From: Bacteroidales bacterium | GTDB lineage: Bacteria > Bacteroidota > Bacteroidia > Bacteroidales > FEN-979 | DNA: 64,000 nt | NCBI GenBank assembly: GCA_023229525.1 | Contig: JALNZC010000019.1 | Coordinates: 4,914-68,913 of the forward strand | Direction of reading: 5' to 3' | Shown here: positions 52,505 to 61,427 of the stretch, one piece after another | Numbering within the stretch: position 1 is the first letter of the stretch | Layout: every line of letters begins with the position of its first letter | Notes under the pieces: generated by a model | Database searches by the model: none | The model's input: only the letters and a program-made list of their open reading frames with translations | What the model was told of the DNA's origin: nothing | Translations under genes and position numbers: made by a program

Positions 52505-52794
52505 AATCTTTGGATTTGCGATTGGATTTCATTCTTGGAAAATATCTTCATTCTGTTTTTCACAACGATTTGATAATGAGGAATCAACAAATTATTTGTA
52601 TTGCCTGATTCATAACATTATTGAATTGATAATGAACACATTGAACCCATTAAATATAATAACAAAATATTGGATTTGGTTCGATATGTTGAATATTTGT
52701 TTAGATTCTAAAATTTTATTCTTTGGAGTATAATCAATAGCCCATCAATAGACCAAGGCAGGTGTTGATAATTTATACTCTGGGTCAGCATACC

Positions 52795-52833
52795 AAAAAA
52801 ATTCCCGGAGTGAAGCGAATCCACACCGGGAAC
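52795..52833 (-). terminator. Rho-independent terminator
   Basis: Minus strand ttcccggtgtg-gattcgctt-cactccgggaa followed by a T tract, downstream of the 52887 gene. Confidence 0.65.
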
Positions 52834-52886
52834 CATATACCTGACTTTATCTGGAGTTTATGAGTGTTGTAACCGTATTGACTTGC

Positions 52887-54161
52887 TTACTGCTTAATAA
52901 TCTTTGAAGTTTCAGACTTATCACCAGCAATCACACGGATAAAGTATACTCCTGCTGGCCTGTCAGATAATGAGAATTGGTGTCTGAATTCTCCGGTTAA
53001 TCTTGTCGTCAATACCTTTTCCCCCCATATTCCATATAACTCTACCGTGGCCGCATCATCGATAAAATCACAGTTTAATTCAAGAATGAAGTTGCTGGCA
53101 GTAGGGTTTGGATAAACCTTAATGGATGATTTTGCGTCAATTATTTCGTTGTGTTCTCCATCTGATAACACCCCGGGAAGTGAAAGGGCTTTTGTTCCGC
53201 AATATTGTCCAGTCGATGTAATATAACCGTTCATATATCCTCCTGAATAGACAGTGGTCGTAGGTTGATAAATGATGTTCTGACCTGCAATCATGGTGGC
53301 ACTTCCCCCGTTCTGAACGGTAAAGGTTGTTCCCTCCCCTGCAACGGTAATGGTTTGTGTGGCATTATAACAACTGTCGTATCCACCAGGGATGTTGATA
53401 TTTTTTATCGTGCGGTTTTCGGGAACAGGAGGTAGTTCATCTTTTATGCACCGTACTGAAAAACCCACGGATTTGACGGTCCACCCTGAAAGCAAACTCT
53501 CCCCCCAGTTATAGAGTTGCAAGTACCATGCGGTGGTGGGATCATTCTGCTTGTACCAGAAAAAGGCATCACTATGAAGCCAATGAAAACAGCCATAAAT
53601 GGTACAACTCACCTGGCCGGCCGGAAGAGCAGTAAAACCACTGCTGTTGGATGCGCCTGTATTCGGTTCAGTCCAATGCTCCAACCCCGTTTCTTTCATT
53701 TTTCCACCGGCAACCGCCAACCCTCCTAAAAAGGTGACTAATGTATCCCATTCTCCTCCGGTCGGAATATGCCACCCAGCAGGACAGATTCCCCTGACTC
53801 CAGGTGTTGATGTCCATTGCAACATATTGTCCCACGAGTATAATCCGCCGTATATCGTACAATTGGCTTCACTGTTATCATAACAGAATTTCTCAATAGC
53901 ACTTTGGTTGTTTTGTTCCTGGTCGCCGGGGATCATTATACCAATGTTCAGGTTCTGTGCCATCCAGCATTGGGTGCCGATTAAAACAGTATTATAAATT
54001 TTCCCGTTGCGCGAATCGGTTATAGGCTGACCACAGGCGTCGAGTCGTGTGGAATTATGGAATGAAGGTTTGACGGCATTGACGACAACCTGAGCAGGAA
54101 GTTGTGTGTTGATAACCATCATAATTATCGCAAAAATGAAAGAATGTACTTGTTTTTTCAT
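52887..54161 (-). CDS. FISUMP (Fib_succ_major) domain protein with a shared C-terminal module and T9SS CTD
   Basis: YNTVLIGTQCWMAQNL, YGGLYSW, GICPAGWHIPT, SGFTALPAG, GFSVRCIKD; then CYNATQT...QYCG and VYPNPT...KIIKQ. Confidence 0.9.
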   Translation of the reverse strand: MKKQVHSFIFAIIMMVINTQLPAQVVVNAVKPSFHNSTRLDACGQPITDSRNGKIYNTVLIGTQCWMAQNLNIGIMIPGDQEQNNQSAIEKFCYDNSEANCTIYGGLYSWDNMLQWTSTPGVRGICPAGWHIPTGGEWDTLVTFLGGLAVAGGKMKETGLEHWTEPNTGASNSSGFTALPAGQVSCTIYGCFHWLHSDAFFWYKQNDPTTAWYLQLYNWGESLLSGWTVKSVGFSVRCIKDELPPVPENRTIKNINIPGGYDSCYNATQTITVAGEGTTFTVQNGGSATMIAGQNIIYQPTTTVYSGGYMNGYITSTGQYCGTKALSLPGVLSDGEHNEIIDAKSSIKVYPNPTASNFILELNCDFIDDAATVELYGIWGEKVLTTRLTGEFRHQFSLSDRPAGVYFIRVIAGDKSETSKIIKQ

Positions 54162-54644
54162 AATCTTTGAATCTGGGATTGGATAATGGTCTTGGGAAAT
54201 ACGATCAGACCGTTTTTTACAATAGTTTGATAATGAATAATCAAAATCATATTCAGTATCGGTGAAGCCATAACATCATTAAACAATTAATGAGCGCATT
54301 GGAATTGTGAATATAATAACAAAACATGGAATCTATCTCTATCTGTTGAAATATTTTTTCAGATTCGATAATTTTACTTGGATGAAGACTGATGACTTGG
54401 TCAAATAATCCAGTAAAGGAGGATTAGCATGAACTTAAGAATCAAAAAAAAATTCACACTTCATATTTACGTGTGAATCAACTTATTCAAGTTCCTCCCC
54501 CCATCTAAGCCTTAAAATTGGGTTTGTCCCTAGTGGCCTTGTGGAATGATTTAACTGTCTCTTAATCAGTTTAATATTTCCTCCACCCCTAACGTGTGGT
54601 GTTGGAATATTCCAACATATAATCATTTCCAAAAATTTAAAGTC

Positions 54645-55001
54645 ATGGTTACGATCTCAGGTTACAGTATCCGGCAAAATGTGGATGGCAAAAGCTTTTG
54701 CACTCTTACCCTCCTGGGTGGTATTGAACTCGTGGAGTCAACAATCATTGGCCAGTTTTATGCTACAGCACGAAAGGCCTCAATTACAAGCACCTTCCCA
54801 AAGGAAGTCTATACGGCTCTCATGGGGACAACTCTCCCGGGGATTATAGAAAAGGTGGAAAGCGAGCCTTACGAATACACCATTAAGGAGACAAACGAAA
54901 CCATTATGTTAAGCCACAAGTTCATTTTCAACCCAACACCAAACGAAGTAACGATGGGGGAAGCAGTATTTGGACCGGAGTTGGCAATGGTCCAGGGGTA
55001 A
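54645..55001 (+). CDS. Conserved hypothetical protein of a type recalled from Bacteroidota mobile regions
   Basis: MVTISGY...LLGGIELVES...FYATARKASITSTF...LPGIIEKVESEPYEYTIKET; family association is from recall. Confidence 0.6.
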   Translation: MVTISGYSIRQNVDGKSFCTLTLLGGIELVESTIIGQFYATARKASITSTFPKEVYTALMGTTLPGIIEKVESEPYEYTIKETNETIMLSHKFIFNPTPNEVTMGEAVFGPELAMVQG

Positions 55002-55254
55002 AGTCCACATCAGAAGTATGAAAAGGTAGTAATCAGTTATTACGCAACACCATAAAAAAATATATGGTCATGTCGTAATTCGCTTTTTTATCCGCTAAGA
55101 ATTGAATTATTATACAGAACCATGATTCTTTTCGGAAACTGCAACACGGCAAGTTGTATCTTTAAAAATAAATATTGATTCACCGTTTGGAAAATATTAA
55201 GGTTTTTATCTATATTCGTGGTGTTAATAATTTTTATCATAAAAATGTGAAACC

Positions 55255-56849
55255 ATGAAAATGAAACTGCTGCCTTTTATTGTATGGTTCTTTTCCCTCT
55301 CAATGATCAAGGGGCAAAACTGGGAACAGCTTGCCATTCCATATCAGGGAAATGTAGGTGCCATCGGTTTTCATATCGTTGATGATCAAAAAATGATTAT
55401 TGAATATTCCAGCGGTTCAGTTTATTCAAGCATTAACCTCGGATCCAGCTGGACTGAAATTCAGCTTGGTGCAAGTTGCCAACCCCAGGTGCAAGCATGG
55501 AGTTTTTATGACGCACTGAATGGATTTCTTTCCTATAATTGCGGTACAAGCACTAGTTATGTGCTGAAAACAAACAATGAAGGAATTACCTGGAAACTGT
55601 TTCCTGTACCATTGTTCCACATCCACCGATGTGCTATGGAGGTGATGAGTTTGGCCAGGTAACAAAAGTTTATTTTACTGATTCACTGCATGGTTTTTCA
55701 CTTTCAAATTGGGGCACCTTGTTAACCACTATAGATGGTGCTCAAACTTGGCAAAACCAATGCTTTGAAATTGGTCAGACTATGCCTTCTGGTGTAGTCG
55801 TGCACTTTAAAGAGATCGCCTTAAGTGGGAATAAAGGGTTTCTGTTGGCAAATGATGCATGGAGTGCAGGCAACTGGATTTTTAGGACCAGCAATGGGGG
55901 AGTTACCTGGGCTGAGTGGACGACTTTTGCAGGCGGTCTTAAAGGTCGATATTATCGCAAAGTATATTTCCATGGAACGAATTCAATTTTTATTTGCGGC
56001 GCTGCCGGAAAAGTGATACGCTCATTCGATGGAGGCAATACATTTGACACTCTCACAACCAGTCCGGTTGGCGATTTATACAATATGAAATTTTTTGACA
56101 GTTTAAATGGGATGATGGTTGGCGTTGGTGAGGGGAATACGCAGCTTACTTTCAGGTCTGACAATGGAGGAATTTCCTGGTTTCAGGTCAATGTCCCTGG
56201 ATATAACAGACCGTTTTACTGGATAGAACAAGGGCTGGATGGTACTGTTTATCTTGGTGGCGAGTTATCAGCTGATTCCAGCTTCATTTTTAAATCTGAT
56301 TTTATGGTAGTGCCATCTTCATTGGCAATACAAAATACAACACTGACAAATGGCCAAACAAAATGTTATAACGCTACCCAAACAATCAATGTAGCTGGAA
56401 ATGGAACAACTTTTACTATCCAAAACGGAGGGAATGCAACCTTGATTGCTGGACAAAACATAGTCTATCTTCCGGGAACCTCAGTGGATGAAGGTGGTTA
56501 CATGTGGGGTTATATTACACCCAACGGTCAATATTGTGGAACAAAAGCCCCTTCAGCTCCTGCAGTTCTTACCAGTCAAGAAGAGCCAATCTCTGGAATA
56601 GAAAAATCATCTTTTAAGATTTATCCGAATCCTACCACCGGAAACTTCACCCTTGAGCTAACTGGAGATGTTCAAGCGGATAAAATTTCCATGGATGTAT
56701 ATGGAATGTTCGGCGAGAAGGTGCTGACTGCAACATTAAACGGAGAACGAAAACAAGAGTTCTCGTTATCAGACAGGCAAACTGCAGTATATTTTATCCG
56801 TGTTATAGCTGGTGATAAGATTGAAACTTTAAAGATCATTAAACAGTAA
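55255..56849 (+). pseudogene. YCF48/BNR-repeat secreted protein with T9SS CTD, split by a 1-nt frameshift
   Basis: Asp-box repeats (TIDGAQTW, TSNGGVTW, SFDGGNTF, SDNGGISW). Adding one A at 55594-55596 joins GITW-KTVSCTIVPHPPMCYGG. Confidence 0.75.
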
Positions 56850-56876
56850 GATTGTCAATAGTTAAAATGTTTATAT

Positions 56877-57779
56877 ATGAAGAAAGTAGTCTATTTGATC
56901 AGTATGGTAGCACTCTTGATTCTTGCCGCAGTTCAAGGTTATGCACAGGTAGGAATAAATTCAGATGGTAGTGCTCCCGATAATTCGGCAATACTCGATG
57001 TTAAATCAACTTCCAGGGGATTTCTCCCTCCGCGGATGACACAGGAACAGATCGGGGAAATATCAGCTCCTGCTGATGGGCTAATGGTGTTCTGTACTAC
57101 CGACGGCAAAATATATGTCTTTGTAGCAGCTGATAATAAGTGGAAAGAGATACTATACGGCCCGGGATTTATCAATCCAACCTACTGCGGACAGCCGATA
57201 ACCGACAACAGGGACAATAAGACCTACAATACGGTTTTGATCGGCAACCAGTGCTGGATGAAGGAGAACATGAATCTCGGTACCATGATACAGGCCGGTA
57301 CAGCCCAGACGAACCATACTGGCTTTGAAAAATACTGTATGAGTAATCAGGAAGCAAATTGTGATGTCTATGGTGGCCTATATCAATGGAATAACGCAAT
57401 GCAATGGACGCAGGTCCCGGGTTCACAAGGGATCTGCCCGACAGGATGGCACATTCCGACAGAAGCTGATTGGGGCACCCTTGTAACCTTTCTGGGGGGT
57501 GATGCAGTTGCCGGCGGAATGATGAAGGAAGCCGGGACGGAACATTGGAGTTCTCCAAATACCGGTACCAACAGCAGTGGTTTTACCGCGTTAGGCGGCG
57601 GCTTCACCCATTTGAGTAGCTTTATGTCATTCAAAGTCTATGGAACCTTCTGGTCATCGACCCAGTACCTTTCTTTCTCTTACTCTTTTACCAGGGAACT
57701 CTGGTTTTCAGGTGATTACGTACATGATCATGCGACAGAATGGGGTGACGGCTATTCGATACGATGCCTTCGTGATTGA
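56877..57779 (+). CDS. FISUMP (Fib_succ_major) domain protein
   Basis: AQVGINSDGSAPDNSAILDVKSTSRGFLPPRMT; QCWMKEN, YGGLYQW, GICPTGWHIPT, FWSST, GYSIRCLRD. Confidence 0.9.
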   Translation: MKKVVYLISMVALLILAAVQGYAQVGINSDGSAPDNSAILDVKSTSRGFLPPRMTQEQIGEISAPADGLMVFCTTDGKIYVFVAADNKWKEILYGPGFINPTYCGQPITDNRDNKTYNTVLIGNQCWMKENMNLGTMIQAGTAQTNHTGFEKYCMSNQEANCDVYGGLYQWNNAMQWTQVPGSQGICPTGWHIPTEADWGTLVTFLGGDAVAGGMMKEAGTEHWSSPNTGTNSSGFTALGGGFTHLSSFMSFKVYGTFWSSTQYLSFSYSFTRELWFSGDYVHDHATEWGDGYSIRCLRD

Positions 57780-57884
57780 TGTGCGATATTAGAGCGAAGT
57801 TGTGAAGGGCAAGTGATTACCGATTTATATAATTGAAACTGGCTTTAACCAATGAATTGGAAGCTATCCATAAAATATTTCACC

Positions 57885-58127
57885 GTCCGTTTTTGTAATG
57901 ATCTTTTGCTTAACGGATATAGTGACTGGTTCTTACCATCGTTGGATGAACTGGAACTGATGTTCCAGCGAAAAACTATAATTGGCGGTTTTGTTGATGC
58001 CTTCTATTGGAGTTCCTCCGAATACGATGCTGATCATGCATGGCTTGTGTACTTTGGCTTTTTAGGCCAAAGCATTGACATTAAGGGTGGCGGTCCATAT
58101 GCTGTACGTGCAATCAGGGCTTTTTAA
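57885..58127 (+). pseudogene. 5'-truncated DUF1566 (Lcl C-terminal, C-type lectin fold) fragment
   Basis: CNDLLLNGYSDWFLPSLDEL...YWSSSE....AW...VRAIRAF*. Confidence 0.75.
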
Positions 58128-58353
58128 TAATCAATTTAGCTATTTCCCCTACGAGATCGGTAAAAAGTATGAAAGACCGATGTTGCAATTTTTAAAAACA
58201 GTGTAATAGTTTTTATTCAATTCGCATCAAATCAAATAGTTATCATGGGCACAACCTACAATCTTGATAATACATTGTGTAGTCTTTTTGTAAGTCCATA
58301 AATTGAGATGATGTTCATTTTCTGATTTTTCAGCTTGACTTTCAATGGTTTAG

Positions 58354-59355
58354 GGCAAAGAAGGGAAGTATCTCCTTCTTCCGCCGGGCTATAAAGGGGA
58401 TGTGCCGGAAGGTTATTTTGTCGCGCAATCACCTACCTATGGAAACTTCGTCTGGCTGCGCGGCTTTATCAAGAACGGTGACCCCGGGGCTACAGTAGAA
58501 AATATGAAAAAATATTTCCGCATCTACTCGCTGTCGCTTGCAGCGAAGCCGCCAGAGATAACATTTGTGAACATCTCCGGACGGTACTTTAATGCAATTC
58601 CTCCCAACGACGCGTCGTTCTTCGATGACGTGGCCCGGGTTGTCCGGGAAGAGCCGATCGACGCTGTCGACCCGGAGATACGCGGTCCGCTCGCCGCCAT
58701 CGGCATCCGAAAGGACAAATCTTTTGCACCCGATACACGAATGCAGGGCATCCTCGCCAATGCCGCTGCCGTCGGCAATGCTACTGCGCGCGCTATCGTC
58801 TTCGACACGCGCGATCCCGATGCTTATATATATCCGAATAGCAATTGGAAGATGGCTTTTACAGGTAACGACATCAAATTCTCGCCAGTTGGAGTGCTCA
58901 ATTCCGATGGGCGTACTTTATTCTATTACGGGGCCACAGGAGTCTCTCCGGCTATGACGGTGAAGATGGTGGGTATCGGCTCGCAATATGCCATGGCAAA
59001 CCGTGACGCCACAGGCAAATACTTCGATAGCGCAAAGAGCTACCGTCTGCATCTGCCCCCGAATATACCAGCGAAGGACTTCTGGTCGGTGATCGTCTAC
59101 GATCCGCAGACACGCTCGCTGCTGCAGACCGACCAGCAGTTTCCCAGCGCAGGCAATCAGAAGAAGGGAATCGTTTACAACCCTGATAACTCTGTAGATG
59201 TCTTTTTCGGCCCGGTAGCGCCTCCAGGTAAGGAAGCCAACTGGATCCAGACCATCTCCGGCAAGGGGTGGTGGACAATGCTGCGACTCTATGGTCCACT
59301 AGAACCCTGGTTCGATAAGACCTGGCGGCCTGGGGAGATTGAGATGATTAAATAG
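58354..59355 (+). pseudogene. 5'-truncated DUF1254/DUF1214 protein
   Basis: In-frame TAG at 58351, then GKEGKYLLLPPGYKGDVPEGY...GSQY, PAKDFWSVIVYD, NWIQT, LRLYGP; visibly more GC-rich than its flanks. Confidence 0.75.
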
Positions 59356-59382
59356 AGTACTTTCTACATAACCCAATTAAAA

Positions 59383-59987
59383 ATGAATATGAAAATAATT
59401 AGTTTGACAATGTTGACCCGGGCAAGAAAACGCTTCCTCTGTTTTCTTTTGATAATTGTATATTGCTGGACTGCCATAACTCCGACCATTGCGCAGGTAA
59501 AAAAGGCCGATGCTCAAACTGCTATTCCTGTGGTGAGTAAAGAAGTGTATCAAGCCATTGTTCAGTTTTATGAGTATGACTGCAATATTCCATTGGACGC
59601 GCGAATTGTGAGTAAAGAGGTGTTTCAGGGTGCAAACAAGGAAAAGATTGTTTTCACCGGTGTCGATCATAGTCAGGTTCCTGCTTTATTAATTATTCCA
59701 AAAGACAGAGCGGAGACTCATCCTGTAGTTCTTATTGTTGACGGCATAGATGGTTACAAAGAACGTTGGGTACAGGATGATAATTGGCCGCTCGGCGGAC
59801 TTGTTACAAAATCCCTTCTTAAAAGTGGTTTTGCTGTATTGATTTGTGATGCAGTTTATCATGGAGAGAGAACCTCTGATAATGGATTTGCATCACCACC
59901 CTGGCCATATCAATATCCGTATTTAGGCAGACAATTGAATACGTTACACTGGTGACGGATTGGTTTGTTAAGAATCTCAAGCCGTGA
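59383..59987 (+). pseudogene. Alpha/beta hydrolase with an internal deletion
   Basis: EKIVFTG...VPALL...DAVYHGER, no GxSxG; an apparent C-terminus IEYVTLVTDWFVKNLKP* follows in another frame at about 59934-59987. Confidence 0.6.
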
Positions 59988-60109
59988 TGGCATGAAGATA
60001 GATAATCAAGAGATACAGTGTGCACTTTTATGTGTACCTCAATAAAAAAGCCACTCACTGCTTCTGCTGAAAGGGGCTGATTTTTACCTGTCCGGATTAC
60101 GATACATGA

Positions 60110-61117
60110 TTACTTATTTAATTTTCGTCTTTCTAAGGCTTCAATAGCCGGTAACTCTTTTTTATATTGCTCAATATCCCACTTTATTCCCGCCGGCTCA
60201 AGATACTCCTGCATCGGAGGAAGCCCAACCTTAGCCCGTCTTGCATCAACATTGACGGGATCTTCCAAGGGACAAACATAGGTTTTTTTCGTAATGGGAT
60301 CCATTCCCAGCTGACTTCCGTAAATCTGCCTGCATCCCTCTTTCAGTGCCACCCTGTCTTCAAGCAATGCTAAATGATCCGCCCTGGCATTCCCATTTTT
60401 AACCGCCTCTTTCATTATTGGCAAATACTTTTCCTGTGTTTTCAGGTCGGAATGCTGAATTACAGCAAAGAATGTTGAATTACCGAGATCCCCGACTACC
60501 TCAGCACGTAACCAGCCATAATTATCTATTATAGAAGTAATCTTGACCGTGTTGATCGAATCTGTTTTCCTGAGTTTTTCTTTAAATGCTTTATCATTTT
60601 CTATCGAATCGACTTCTTTTGATTCCCAGCCATATTTTTCAGCAACATTATTTATTTGTAATCTATATTTTTGATCATCTGTAAAAATAGTATCTAAAAT
60701 GGCAATCAGCTTTTTATTATAATTGGCTTCTTTTTTTTCTTTGTTCGATTTTATAATAATTTTAATCTCCTCCCACCGGGAGTCATGATACAATGGTTTC
60801 AAATCGTTATCATTTATTAGCTGATCATAATCTGCATAATTACCTTTTTTTGCGATCATGAATAAAAGCGCAAAAGCGGAATCCGTTTCATTCGCCAATG
60901 CCCAGCTGCAGGCAGCATTATACCTGTCATCTAATAAACCTTTGTTCCCATTTGCAACGAATGCCTCTGCGTACTTTTTACCCGATTTCAGATATTCTCT
61001 ATTTTGATAAAGTTTGTAGGCCTCATCAATAAGTCTTGTATATTCCTTATTATTCTGGCAAAAAGCAATATTAACAACCATCAATAATGATATTCCTAAG
61101 AAAATCACAGATCTCAT
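60110..61117 (-). CDS. DUF6624-like protein with an N-terminal TPR-like region
   Basis: YNAACSWAL, DDQKYR, YGW, VIQHSD, LLEDRV...QIYGSQ, VDARRAKVGLPPM. Confidence 0.8.
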   Translation of the reverse strand: MRSVIFLGISLLMVVNIAFCQNNKEYTRLIDEAYKLYQNREYLKSGKKYAEAFVANGNKGLLDDRYNAACSWALANETDSAFALLFMIAKKGNYADYDQLINDNDLKPLYHDSRWEEIKIIIKSNKEKKEANYNKKLIAILDTIFTDDQKYRLQINNVAEKYGWESKEVDSIENDKAFKEKLRKTDSINTVKITSIIDNYGWLRAEVVGDLGNSTFFAVIQHSDLKTQEKYLPIMKEAVKNGNARADHLALLEDRVALKEGCRQIYGSQLGMDPITKKTYVCPLEDPVNVDARRAKVGLPPMQEYLEPAGIKWDIEQYKKELPAIEALERRKLNK

Positions 61118-61427
61118 AATCTATTGTTTTTTCTCAATTCTCGTTTGCAGAAGAAAATACTGGTTGTAAATCGTCAACTAATTTTCAATAGTAAAGGCAT
61201 AATATTAATATGTGGTTTTATTTCATTTTCCTTCGGGAGACGAATTTGAAAAATAAATTTAAAAATAATAATTATAAGTTTTCCAAAAAAAAACAATGTT
61301 TAATATTTGGTCAATTAAAAGAATTATTAAATTTCACGTGTCAATTGCAGGAACTTCTGTTTGGTACTTTTACACATAACCAATATATGGCTCTCTCCCG
61401 AACTTCCACCCTTTAAAATCAGCAGCT

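Noticed and set aside
52887-58160. Complete DGR in the window
   Set aside because: No reverse transcriptase, Avd or AAC-rich template repeat is visible.
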